NCBI RefSeq assembly: GCF_964355755.1
Contig: NC_092671.1
Span: 25,060,070 to 25,124,069 of the forward strand
Direction of reading: 5' to 3'
Source of the DNA: Antedon mediterranea
Taxonomy: Eukaryota; Animalia; Echinodermata
DNA length: 64,000 nucleotides
The position numbers and the translations under genes are program-made. Below the pieces are notes generated by a model, which saw only the letters and a list, made by a program, of their open reading frames with translations, searched no databases and was not told the origin of the DNA. Positions 1-12,585 of the stretch are shown piece after piece; within the stretch, counting starts at the first letter, position 1, and every line of letters starts with the position of its first letter.

Positions 1-199
1 CAAGAACTACAAAGTCTTCAAGAAAAACAGTAACCATACGATCCAGAAGGAAAAGTTTAAAGTACACTTTGATTTTTATTATGCAGGCCCATTTGTGTCA
101 TTCAGTATCCCTAATGAGCCAGAAGACCCTAAAAGTTGTCCACAGTTTTTCAATGATGAAGTCTGTATACAATCAATGAGGATCCACCATCTAGAAAAG

Positions 200-1250
200 A
201 ACTAGAAGAGGTTATAACGTCTTTCAAAAAATGGAGGGACAGATAACATCAAGTCAAGTAAAGTAGGTCTACATTACAAGTGAACGCCTGTTTGAATTCC
301 ATCATATGCTTATAAGTGTCATTTGGACAATAGGTCCCTAGCTCCTGGCAAGATTACTTGTATTTTTAAGAAGGAGAATGTCAGTGAAGCCACGAATTAC
401 AGATGGATATCAATTGGATCAAATCTCAGCAGAATTCTATCCAAGATTATCACATGGAGATTAAAAGAGGCAAATTAAAGTCTTGTCAGTGAGAACCAGT
501 TTGGATTTCGCAGCAATAGATCAACTGCTGATACTATATTTATAACCAGAAAGGTTCAATTATTGCTACCTATATTGATCTCACGGTTGCATAATATAAT
601 CACATACCTCAGTAAACATAGTTTCACTTCTAAAAGCTATGTACGGTGGAACAACAACATGCATCAGTGGGATGAAATCTTTTTTTCAAATTTTAAAGTC
701 AAAGTCGGATGCAGACAAGGCGACCAGGAATCGCCTTACCTTTTAAATTTTAAAATTGCTGCATCGAAATTGATAAGGAATTTTCAGATTGATAGCTACA
801 GTATTGAATTTCATTATAATATTCCAGATGGATGCACAAACAGAGAACAGAGAAAAAAGCTAAGCAGAATTGATTGGAAAAAATGAAATGGATCTTTTTG
901 CAGATGACCTTGCGTTATTCTCAAAAAGTGGCATGGGTTGAATGTCTCCCTGAAACGAAAACAACATCTAGCAGATAAAATCTGCTTAAATAAATGGAGA
1001 GGATATTGAAAATGTAAGAGATGTTGTTTATTTGGGGCATACTATCACAAATAGAGATTATGACTGCTTCACTGATCATAGAACCTCACGTGCTAAAAGA
1101 AGTTTTAAAAGATCATAAATGTATGTATAAGGACTAGAAAGTTTCAGAGGCCTGTCCAGACTGAGAATGAAGAGGTTAGTTTTATGTTGGTACAAAATAT
1201 TGAGACAATTGGTCAAGAGAGGGTTTGATAGGGCAAGAAATGAGGCCGAC
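200..1250 (+). mobile_element. Highly decayed non-LTR retrotransposon (RTE-like) reverse transcriptase fragment
   Basis: Broken-frame RT motifs: GTDNI (~235), NYRWISIGSNLSRILSKII (~395-450), ENQFGFRSNRSTAD (~490), GCRQGDQESP (ORF 563-886), FADDL (~897). Many stops and frameshifts; boundaries approximate. Confidence 0.8.
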
Positions 1251-1979
1251 CAACTAGATGAGGATAACTACAGACTTTTTTTTTTATTTATTAGAAATTC
1301 GACACAATCGCAATACAAATACATCAATATTCATAGAGAAAAATGATGTACATAGACAATGGAACAATAATAATAACAACCACCATGTTAATGGTGTGTC
1401 TAGAGAGAATAATGGCATGATAGCCGACACAAAAGTGAATTCTCTCTAAACCACTAACATGCAATAAGAAAACAGAGTACATTCATTCAAAACATTTTTG
1501 TCTCAAATATATTTGTATATTGAAACAAAATGATATGTGAAATTGTTAGAGCATCGCCATTTAAAGATTATATCAGTCAGTAAATCCGATATATTGGTCA
1601 TATCTGTAGAGGACCGAATACGTAAATTACAAAAAAGGATGTTGTTTGCTGTCCCAACAAGACGGTACTATCGTGATCAGTTCTTACGTTAAATGAATGA
1701 ATGAAATTCTACAAATGTGTAAATCGTTTTCTTTAACAACATTAACTGATTAATTAACAGGAAAATAATAAAGTAGGTGCAGAATATGGATGAATATGGT
1801 ATAATCCTTAGGCGAATGTAAATGTTAAGTACGATTTCAAATAGCGCGAAGAATTCGTTGCGCAATTTGAATCTGCACAGCATTGTTTAATTGGAAATTG
1901 CGCAATTTTAATACAATTTTATTCTTTCCTTCCTGCATTGTTTATAAATTTATACGGGTTTATATGAGCTTTATTAAAA

Positions 1980-3117
1980 TATGGATCGGACGTTCTCGCT
2001 CCACTCATTGCGAACATCATTAACGATGTTTTCAGATACCACAAAGACATAGACATAAATAATGGCATTCTCATTACTCTACAAAAGCCAGGAAAGGCTA
2101 AATGTCCCGTGTGAAAAATCTTCGTCCATTCGTTCTATTGAACGTAATTAGAAAGTGTGTGTCTCTAATCACGCTGGCGCGTATACGACCAAATATCGAA
2201 GAGTTTCTGCCACAGTGCCAGAGTGGATTCAGACCAGGGCGCAGCACTGGCGACGTCGTATTCACACATAGATGGCTGATTGCAAAAGCACAAAGAGTAG
2301 ATATGGAAATCCATATTACAGGAATTTATATGAGCAGCGCGTTCGACACCATTAATAGAGCCAAATTAATTGAAATTCTAAAAAACATAGTTGACACGGA
2401 CGAGCTACGAATCATACGCTTTCTCTTAAGCAATACCGGTCTGACTCTAAGAATTAATGGAGCAGATAGCCAACCCCATTTTTGCAGCAACATTGGTGCA
2501 CCACAAGGTGATAGTCTAAGCCCTGTACTCTTCATCGTTTACTTGGAGAATGCCCTGCGCGGCCTAAGAGATGAGATTCAAGAATACATGATGCCTACAG
2601 AGGTGGCATAAGAACAACAATATAGAAATAATTACTAATCATCTAAAGTACCATAATCTATTCGTAAAAGCGGAAAAAACAGAATATAGAGTTGTCAAAC
2701 GCGATGAATCACAGTGGAAGGAAACAAAGAAGCTGGGTTCATTATTAGGAGATGCCGAGGACATAAAGAGAAGGAAACAACTCGCAAATGTCTGGATACG
2801 AAAAGATAAAGTAAAAGAAGAAACACGCATGAAGCTTTACAATTCGTTTGTCAAACCAATAGGCCTACTGACCATCTACAACTGCGGAACATGGGTTTAA
2901 CCAAAGAAATAGAAACTAAATTAGATACATATTATAGACGCCAATTAAAGCATATGATAAGAGTTCGGTATCCACAAAGGATTTCTAACATACATTTGTA
3001 TAAGAGATGCAACGCACGACCCTTATCTTTAGAAATCGTCGAAGCACGATGGAAGCTTTTCGGAAATATTATATTATATTGAGACAAGATAGGAATACAC
3101 CAGCAAATCTGGCACTA

Positions 3118-3153
<36 letters not shown>

Positions 3154-3171
3154 AATAATAATAATAATAAT
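1980..3171 (+). mobile_element. 5'-truncated LINE (RTE/RTEX-like) RT region with (AAT)n 3' tail
   Basis: ORF 2102-2611 has QSGFRPGRST, SSAFDTI and GAPQGDSLSP. Downstream thumb-region fragments include KLYNSFVKPI..YNCGTWGL and ARWKLFG. Ends in an (AAT)n microsatellite at 3118-3171. Confidence 0.85.
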
Positions 3172-3632
3172 GAGCTTTGATTTGATCAAATACTGAAATA
3201 ACATGCGCTGTTCGAAATATTCTGCGCAATTTGAATATCGATTCAATTTGGGCAAAACAAAAAGTTCATTTTAAATAAAATAATATAAAATCTAATGAAC
3301 TCAGTTCATTATGTTTTGTGAATTTCCTTTAAATAAGAGGACAACTATAATGGACTTGAATTTCAACGGTATGGAAGTTACCATCTCCATCCCCGGATAT
3401 GATTCTGATTTATTTTTTCAAAACAGCCTGTATTACTACAATTACATATGTAAGTTGTTAGAAAACGCGTGAATGTTTAGAATTAAGTTATCATCATTTT
3501 TAATCAACGATTTCGGTTGAAAAATGAATTGCACATTTGTAGAATTTCTGTTGCACATTTAACGTAAAAGCTGATCGTCTTTTCATTTAAGGCGTGATGT
3601 TTGCACATTAGTCGATTATGCCTCGTTAAAGA

Positions 3633-4747
3633 TTTGCACATTTGAGGGCCGGGTGCCATATTTGCACATTGTGAGAGTGCTATGTTTGCACATTTGAGGG
3701 TGCCATATTTGCATATTTGAAGGTGCCATGTTTGCACATTTGAGGGTGCCATATTTGCACATTTGAGGGTGCCATGTTTGCACATTTGAGGGTGCAATGT
3801 TTGCACATTTGAGGGTGCCATGTTTGCACATTTGAGGGTGCCATGTTTGCACATTTGAGGGTGCCATATTTGCACATTTGAGGGTACCATATTTGCATAT
3901 TTGAGGGTGCCATGTTTGCACATTTGAGGGTGCCATGTTTGCACATTTGAGGGTGCCATGTTTGCACATTTGAGGGTGCCATGTTTGCACATTTGAGGGT
4001 GCCATGTTTGCACATTTGAGGGTGCCAAATTTGCACATTTGAGGGTACCATATTTTCACATTTGAGGGTGCCATATTTGCACATTTGAGGGTGCCATGTT
4101 TGCACATTTGAGGGTGCCATGTTTGCACATTTGAGGGTGCCATGTTTGCACATTTGAGGGTGCCATGTTTGCACATTTGAGGGTGCCATGTTTGCACATT
4201 TGAGGGTGCTATGTTTGCACATTTGAGGGTGCCATGTTTGCACATTTGAGGGTGCCATGTTTGCACATTTGAGGGTGCCATGTTTGCACATTTGAGGGTG
4301 CTATGTTTGCACATTTGAGGGTGCCATGTTTGCACATTTGAGGGTGCCATGTTTGCACATTTGAGGGTGCCGAATTTGCACATTTGAGGGTACCATATTT
4401 TCACATTTAAGGGTGCCATATTTGCACATTTAAGGGTGCCATATTTGCACATTTGAGGGTGTCATGTTTGCACATTTGAGGGTGCCATGTTTGCACATTT
4501 GAGGGTGCCATATTTGCACATTTGAGGGTGCCATGTTTGCACATTTGAGGGTGCCATATTTGCACATTTGAGGGTGCCATATTTGCATATTTGAGGGTGC
4601 CATGTTTGCACATTTGAGGGCGCCATGTTTGCACATTTGAGGGTGCCATGTTTGCACATTTGAGGGTGCCATGTTTGCACATTTGAGGGTGCCATATTTG
4701 CACATTTGAGGGTGCCATATTTGCACATTTGAGGGTGCCATGTTTGT
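3633..4747. repeat. 23-bp minisatellite (GTTTGCACATTTGAGGGTGCCAT)n, about 48 copies
   Basis: Direct reading. The 23-aa periodicity of the minus-strand ORFs equals 3x23 nt. Degenerate TTGCACATTT copies extend left to ~3528. Confidence 0.97.
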
Positions 4748-5534
4748 ATGTATGTACAGTATACTGTAGGTGTGAACATTCGATGACTTGATTTACCCAG
4801 TAATATAAACAGGGTGCGCGGTCGTTGCTGCAACAAATTTGCAAGATTTAAACACAATTAAAATAGAATAATAAACGGTATATGTATTTTATTCATAATA
4901 ACGCATAATATAAACTTTCAACCAAAACAAGGCCTAATCACGGAGGAAAAATAAATAAATGTTTTCATCCATAGTCTAATCTTGCTCACAGGATTCTCCT
5001 ACACTACTAACGTACCATTTCTGCATTCAACCATGCTCTATCGTTCACCCAGACTTATTCCAGGTTCTAGACCGAGTTTTGACTTATTATTAGTAAAAGA
5101 AAAAATATTTTGGCGCATATGGCGTTTTATACGTTCAGACGGTTTATATATTCAGACAAAACTCGAAACGCCGATTGGTGGACTTACATTAAGGTCCGGT
5201 TTATAAGTAAAACATGAAGATGAGATTTTTTTTTAGCTCCTCTAAGAACATTTCAATACAAAAATAAATTACTTTTCTAGTAACAATTGTAGTGATTATC
5301 ATATTGACATATTACATGGATAAAATAATGGAAAACATTTTTCTCCCCCGAGGTAAATGGCAACCAACCACTCTGTAATCAGTAAACCTTAGTAAAGCTT
5401 AGGCTCGAACAAATTTACAAACATTAAAATTAAAATCTTTAAATTAAAAAACAGAACTGTATAATATAATAACAGTGATTGTACAATAATACACACATAA
5501 AGGATCGGTAGAAAATATACAATAATAATTAGAC

Positions 5535-5636
5535 CAAAATAATAATTATAATAATAACAATAATAATAATAATAATAATATATACGAATTTTTAAAGCGC
5601 CAATTCCAGCAACAATTAGTGATCAAAGGCGCTGTG
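5535..5636 (-). mobile_element. Possible 3' end of a SINE/L2-type retroposon with (TTA)n tail
   Basis: Minus strand reads CAGCGCCTTTG...TGGCGCTTTAAAAATT followed by (ATT)n, resembling retroposon 3' stem-loop plus tail ends. Confidence 0.35.
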
Positions 5637-6762
5637 GACTTAGATGTTGTTGTTGACTAGGCCGATTTATTGTTTCACTTTGACAAACAATTTATCTGAT
5701 AAAATGGTTTTGAAAAATTCAACCAGTAGCACTTATCTAGAGGTAAACTGTCTTTTTTTGTATGAAGCGTAATCGTTTAATTAATTGCTGTAAGGAGGAA
5801 GTAGATAAGAGTCTTTATTTTCATATGATTTTCCCGAATTTTAATGTTCAGTATTATTGACACTGTTGTAAATAACTTGCAAACCATAACCGTTGTTATG
5901 CAGTGCCAGATTGGAATATCTTAAAGATGTATTGTCTCTTTGACTAAATTTAAAAAAAAAAAAAATTATATTTTCAAAAAAAGTGTGTCATTTTGAAGTA
6001 TCATAATAGTTATTAACTTTCACCAAAAATTAGTCGAAAAAAAAAAAAATTTAACCGAAATACAGACGTTTTTTTGTTCAAAAAAAAACTTTGACTTCCA
6101 GTCAATGTTTTCGCTTAAAACATATCTCATAATGCAACGCGCTTGTTTGGCTACTCTGTATGCATAATCATAAAACGTCAAACACCTTCTCAATCGCGAA
6201 GAGTTGTAAACAATCCTAATTAGCATCATGATTGCATAATGCATACTAATGGTTTGAAATCTTTGTTTACTTTCACTCGTGACGATTTTCCAGACAAAAT
6301 GTAATCAAATTAATTTACCTGTTAATTACGTAAACTTGTTGTTTTTGGCTCGAATTTTCGACTTAAAGTGAATAACTTTAATATTACTTTGATATGGCCA
6401 ATTTAAATTTAGAATATATATTTTTTTCATTTTTTGTGTTTCAAGGGACAATAAGAAAGAGACCACCACTATGGCAAAAAGAAAACATTACAAAAACTGA
6501 TTTTTTTTTTAGCAAAAGTTTGTTAAAACTACAAAAATGGCCTAGTGTTGTTTTATTTTCTGAATTATGCCAAGCAAAATGAATTTCCATTTGAAATTGG
6601 ACAGTACCATTTCTTGAATTCAAAGTTTGTTTCTATTTTTGGGGTCAATATATTTTTAATAATTGATACCTTAATATTTCCATGCATTTTAAATGTTTGT
6701 TGTAATTGTCACTAATGTACTCCAAAGTGAACAAGTTACGACACTTGCATCGTACCACTTAG

Positions 6763-6926
6763 TAAAGCTGGGTTCACACTAGGAATAAGGATGTAATGCA
6801 AGAACGTAAGCCAAACGCAAGTAATTCGACCAGTGATACATTGTGATGTAATATTCGTATGTCTCTTGTAATTGGTCAATTCACTTGCATTACACTTACA
6901 TCAGGTCCCAGTGGGAAGCAAGCTTA
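6763..6926. mobile_element. MITE (PIF/Harbinger-like), family shared with 35127-35291
   Basis: Imperfect TIRs AAGCTGGGTTCACACT / AGTGGGAAGCAAGCTT. Internal GCAAG..GACCA and TCACTTGCATT motifs match the copy at 35127. Confidence 0.6.
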
Positions 6927-7189
6927 CACTAGTCAGCCTGTCATGAAGTGGACGACTTAATAACCTCGTATACTAATATGGCAAGTGGAGTAAACATTTT
7001 GTACTAATATTGTACCAACAATATCGCCTAACTTTCCTAATAATGCGATCGTAACAAAACATTTTCATTTTAACAAATGGCTAGCATACATTTGTGCAGA
7101 ATGGATATTATTTGGCAGCTATGACACAATATAATTGAAATATAATACAATTAAAATACAATATTTATAATATATATACAGTATACATA

Positions 7190-7448
7190 TTAAAGATGTA
7201 TAGTATTAAAGCCCCAACAGAATTTGAATACAATATTCACCTCTTTAGAAAAAAAAAAATCCATTGTTTAAATAGCAACATTAAAATGGTATATTTTTAA
7301 TAAAAGCATTACCATTTATATACTCAGAGATGGCAGTATAGTGCAAGTATAAATGCAAGTAATAAAAACAAATGGTTAAATTTAACCAGAAACTGTCAGA
7401 CATTTTGAATAACAATAAAATGGCATATAGGGGCAATATATCTTTTAA
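7190..7448. mobile_element. Possible TTAA-flanked non-autonomous DNA element (Kolobok-like ends)
   Basis: TTAAAGATGTATAG..GCCCC at left and GGGGCAATATATCTTTTAA at right. A similar left end, TTAAAGATGTATTGTC, occurs at ~5921. Confidence 0.35.
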
Positions 7449-8060
7449 AAAAGGCTTTACACTTTTATGATTACAGATACAATACCATACAACTTTATTA
7501 CAATTATTATCATATAAAACAAATTGAAGTTGAACAATTTAACAGTATAGAGCAAGTAAAATCAAACTATCACAAAAGACAGCTATTAACAGTGGATTTT
7601 ATAAAGACAGTTATGTACCCAACGTAAAAAGTGTATTTACATCTTTAAAAATGTTTGTAAAGTCGGGTAAACGATGGTTGAAAGGAAGACGGAATGTTTT
7701 GGAAGAGTCAGTGGTGTCCAACTCTCATTTTCCAATACTGGAAAGATTTAGCAAAGTAGGAATTGCTGTATTTACACTATGTATTTTATTTGAATTAACA
7801 GAGGACTCCTTAATATCAGTTCTTTTTTAAAGAAGACTGGCACGAGTGATCCTCTTCGAACATAGTTAATACATAAACATATTTATAAACCTGTAGAAGT
7901 GGTTACCTGTCATTAATACTGTATACCATATCCACTAATGTATAGTTGTGTCATCCCAGAATCTGATCTTTTTCTATGAGTAAATGCCTATACTAATTTT
8001 TTACTACTGTAATATAATAACACCATAATGTAAATTAGTAAAATGCTTTAGAGCTACTTG

Positions 8061-8842
8061 CTATTGTGGACATATATATGACAACAACATATTTATTTCA
8101 TTAGCAACAATAATTTCAGGTGGGTGAACTCTGTCTTTAGACTCATGACTCGCCGTCATATCCCATACATCCAGGATAATAACTTTGGAACATCCAGAGA
8201 ATATTTCTCGCATTTCTTGGTCAAGATCTTCGGCTAACCAATCACTAGTGTACAGACTCATAGATAAATTTGGATGTTCTCGTGTATTTGCACTTTTTAT
8301 CACCACTAAACTATCTGGACTACGTTTGTGATAACGATCAATTGCTGCTCGCAGTGTCAATAAACGTTGTCTATAGTATTGAACACTTGTTGCCGTAAAA
8401 TGAGCCCACAACGACAAACAAATAACTGTGTTTGGAGATGACGGAAGGTCATCAATGGCATTTGCTACATGTACTATTTCACTTACGTACATCCAACTAT
8501 TTCTTATTGGATACGCATGATGAATATAATAGAGTAATATATTGCGCGAAGAGTCGTACGCTTTTCTCGGACCAACCTTCATATAATAAAGCGCATCGGT
8601 GGTTTCTACTGTGTTGCTTAGTTTGGAAGAAAGAAACTCAAACCACTGACGTATAGTTGAGTCTCCGTAAAACAGAATTTCTTTGTTTCGTAGACAGGAT
8701 TCAGCCTCCTTGATTGTGTACTGATGGGAGCGACAGACATTTGAATACCATACGTCATTGTAGTAATACCCAGATGGTTTCACAAGTGGAAGCCCACGCA
8801 TACATTTTGGCAGATAATTCTTTGCGATAAGTTTGTTTTCAA
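8061..8842 (-). CDS. NXPE-like last coding exon (SGNH/PC-esterase catalytic domain)
   Basis: Acceptor tttttcag at 8843; PSGYY, GDSTIRQW, DVWDMT and HPP motifs; stop TAG at 8061. Confidence 0.92.
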
Positions 8843-11800
8843 CTGAAAAATAAAGTTTCCAAAAACTAAACTTACTGACATAATAATGGTTTATTTTGAA
8901 ACTGAATTTAGAAAAGCATATGATTTTTTTTATTATCATTTTAAGATTTTCAATGGTTGGAAGTCTTTTTGTAACTGAGGAGAACCCAATATCTTCCTTT
9001 CCAACGTAAGAATTTTACCAAATCAATTCAAATCAGTGCGAATGGAGCTTTAAAATGCACATATTGCATTCCATATAAGCCCTGACACTATTTTCAGCTG
9101 GAAAACTTTGCTCAACTATACAATTTACTTAACTCAAGGTTAGCATTTTCTTAACAAAATCTCATGGCTCTGTATAGATAAGCCAACAACAAAAGTATGA
9201 AGTCACTTCTTTTTATTTTAGCCAAATTTAACTTGTATAACAAAACCCCTAACTCTAATGAGATTTTGAAATATCATAATGAAACAGAACATACAGTACC
9301 TTTAGCACTTTTAACGTATGCAAAATAATCCAAGCCTTGTATGGGAAACTTGTATCTGAAAAATTAAAAAACATGAATATTTTCATAGTGGTAGTTAAGT
9401 ATGATTGATTTAATAATTTTAAACCTTGTTTTCTAATAAGGTACTATACACTTTGTTAACCTGTGTAATCATGTGTCATTATTCGTAACCTACAGCTAAC
9501 CAATAAACTGTGTTGATGTGGGGAGTGAGGAAACATCTCTCATGTGCACAGTGAATAATGACTTTGGTCATCAGTTGTCCAAAATTATACTATGACTGTT
9601 TCAAAGTTACAATACAAAAGTAGATATTTGATATATAATTGTAACTATTGTAAAGAAGTTAATCAAATAATGTTGAAAAATAAACTTACTGTAATCTAAA
9701 TAGTTTAGCTTGATGTTTTGTGACTAGACTGTCTGCTAGCTGCTTAGCCATAGTACTATTAGTTGTGTGCATTTTCCAGTCAGAACATGTCAACACTGGA
9801 TTTGATGGTGCTACACAGAACCATGGTGAACCAGTTTTAATATCAGTGAAATTGCACACCTAAAAATAACAATTGATTTACGATTTTAATCAATTCAATT
9901 TGTAATAAAACTATTAAAAAAAATACTATAAATCTTTCAGCATCAAATGCAAATTATTGTTGGAAAATTTAGGAAGCTTCTAAATATTTTAAATTTTAAA
10001 AATCAATTGTTTGTTCAATTTATGTCTGAATATTGGTACTAGGTACAGATGTGTAGTCAACAGAATATGTCATTATATAGTCTGACTAATCAGCACACAT
10101 CACACCCTTTAAAGTCCTACAGTACATATCTCATCTTAACATAATAGACATGAGGTTCACATTGAATGGACACCAGTTAATTAGTGAATTCATCATGGCA
10201 CACATGCGACCTGACCTGATATATAGCCAGAAATTACTGAATGAAAAAGAAATTGGAGTAAAAACATTTATTTTTTTACAAGGAGATGGAGTTTTGGGTT
10301 TAATAGCACCATAGTGCCTCATAAAGAAACTCTGCCTTAAACTAGGCCAGTATAAAATTGTAATGATTGGTGGCATATTTTTTGTGTCGCAAAAAAAGAA
10401 TGTTAAATAATTGGAAATATTTTGGAAAAAAAAATGAACCTTTCTACTACTCTGATACATACTCAACTATAATATATATATTTCATTTAACTTTCCTCTA
10501 ATTTTTCTTTTTTTTCTAGTCAACTGTGATAACACATGGTTAGCATATGTATGGTCATTTTAAATTCAAAACCCAAGGTCAGAAAAAACCTAAAAAATTG
10601 TATGCTTTCTGGTTGATGACCGCAAGCGATTGCCTGCTTTCCGTTTGACCGCATCTTACAATGTCACTATTGTGTGCATACTAAACTTTTGACAAAATTT
10701 AGGATAAAATAACTTTCAATTTGAACAAAAATATAGATATATTTTTTCTTATATACATTTTGATTAAATGAATGAACTAACTAACCTTCTCAGCTTCAAT
10801 GCGTACATGGCAACGTGTTACTTCATGGATTTCAAAGTCAGATGAAGCAAACATTCCAAAATAAACAAACCGTTGTGGATGTCGTGCACGTACATCCTTA
10901 ATAATTTGTACCACCTCACTTGAATGAACCAAAACAACCTGAACTATTACCGAACCAGGCCACCATGCCGTAAAATATGCAGTATATGTACCGTCCTGAT
11001 TATCAACTATATCACCATTTTGACTTACAGCTGCAGCGTTTGAAAATGAATACATATTTGCACGGAAGTAATCTCCACCATACTTTTTACGCTGACCATA
11101 CAAGTTCCGAGCTTCAATTTTAATAATGATTTCATCGCATAAATTGTACGTCCTTTCAGAGTTCAGGTTGGAAATAGTAACCGTGGATGTCAGATGACTT
11201 GTTGCATTTTCTAAAGTCCCGTCATGATTATGTCTGTTGGGGACAGTGTTGCGTGTTTGTCGTGGTCGAAAACTTGGTGGGCAATACAGTTGCGTGTAAT
11301 CATCAGTGACCTCATCTGGTAGTATGTTGACCCTATCTACCTCAAAGGTCATAGGTAATACCTATAAGAAAAGATTAAAATTCATACACAACATTTGGAT
11401 AATAGATAATAAGGTTTACAAATTATTATTTTTTTATTGTAAGCCTCAAAGATCAGAGTCTTACTTTTTTACTTGACTTAATTACATACTTTAAATAACA
11501 TTCATAATTTTCAAGTCTCTTTCACACAGAGATGTTATTTAATTACTTTAATTCAGCAGCTTCTGTATGAACAAAATGGTAAAACATTTAAAATGCCAGC
11601 TTCTAGTATATCTATTACCATTTTGGTTTGAAAGGATCAGTGTGAAAGGGTTCTACTCTATAATGCACGCTTAAAATAAAGGTCAAAGTTGAGATTATCC
11701 AGTAAATTATTTGCAAGCTTTATTGTATGAGGAGATGCCAATTTTGCATATTTTGAATGTTTATAAAAATGCTTATAAAAACATGTTTTCAATTACCTGA

Positions 11801-12003
11801 ACAGAATCGATGTTTGTCCTCTGTTGCTGGTACAAAACTGTTGGACCATTAAAGAAAAAATATAGATAGATGGTACTACACACAGACAAGACAACCAGAA
11901 TGTAGAATGAGAACTCCATACACAGTGTACAGTGATAGCAAAACTGATGTCTTAGTGGCATTGCAGTGGTTTGCCGTTTCCTTGTGGTTGTATGCCTACT
12001 CAT
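8061..12003 (-). CDS. NXPE family (neurexophilin/PC-esterase domain) protein, about 596 aa, 5 coding exons: 12003-11797, 11361-10786, 9859-9690, 9355-9300, 8842-8061
   Basis: All introns are GT-AG with consistent phases (0,0,2,1) and the exons total 1791 nt. N-terminal TM anchor; KKYGGDYFRA and DNQDGTYTA (Ig-like NXPE motifs); VCNFTD..PWFC; catalytic GDS (FYGDSTIRQW) and DxxH (DRVHPP). Paralog identity cannot be assigned. Confidence 0.92.
9300..9355 (-). CDS. NXPE-like coding exon 4 (56 nt)
   Basis: ttttcag / gtactg boundaries. Phase 2 to phase 1 exactly bridges the neighbouring exons; open frame YKFPIQGLDYFAYVKSAK. Confidence 0.7.
9690..9859 (-). CDS. NXPE-like coding exon 3 (170 nt)
   Basis: tttttag / gtaagt boundaries; VCNFTDIKTGSPWFCVAPSNPVLTCSDW is the Cys-rich NXPE segment. 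Confidence 0.85.
10786..11361 (-). CDS. NXPE-like coding exon 2 (576 nt, Ig-like domain)
   Basis: ttatag / gttagt boundaries; YGGDYFRA, DGTY and LVHSSE motifs. Confidence 0.9.
11797..12003 (-). CDS. NXPE-like coding exon 1 (ATG and type II membrane anchor)
   Basis: Basic N-terminus followed by hydrophobic FYILVVLSVCSTIYLYFFF. Donor cag|gtaatt at 11796. Acceptor at 12056 implies an upstream non-coding exon. Confidence 0.8.
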
Positions 12004-12082
12004 TGTGCTGGTGTGCCACTATAAATATCCCACCGTTTATTTGCTCATGGCATTACTGAAAAATTAAATTAATTTAAGTTAT

Positions 12083-12350
12083 TAATAATAATAATAATAG
12101 TGTCTAATGTTGTGAAACCTCTAAGATCAAACACGTATGGAAACATACTCCAATAATGCAGCTAGCAATCGGCACAAAGTGGCGTCTTGACCTTACCAGG
12201 TTCCCATTTGTACAACTGGGGAGAGACGCAGGCAAACGTACGGACTTACTCAGTTACTGTAAGTAATGTGTCTTGCCTAAAAGATACAAGCAATGCGATG
12301 AGCGTTGGATTTGAACCCACGATCAGTAGAGTCCAACACACAGTGCCACA
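12083..12350 (-). mobile_element. Decayed tRNA-derived SINE
   Basis: Minus strand shows a B-box (GGTTCAAATCC), a central TAGGCAAGACAC...CCCCAGTTGTACAAATGGGAACC similar to the SINE at 14731, and an (ATT)n tail. Confidence 0.65.
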
Positions 12351-12585
12351 TAAATAATATAATGAGTATAACATTCTGTACTGTACTTCTACATGACTTA
12401 AACACGTTGTGAGTGCAACATGGTTGGTTCAAAATGCAATGTGAATTATACAATTGTCAAAATAACAATTTGCTCAATTTTTAATTAATCTGAAAAATAC
12501 TTTAAATTGTAATGACTGTTGACAGCTAGGCAGATTACAGTTTATGTTTGTGTGCACATCAGTACCATCCTCATTCTAAGTCTGT

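Noticed and set aside
3504-4857. Long repetitive ORFs in all three minus frames
   Set aside because: A consequence of a stop-free 23-bp minisatellite.
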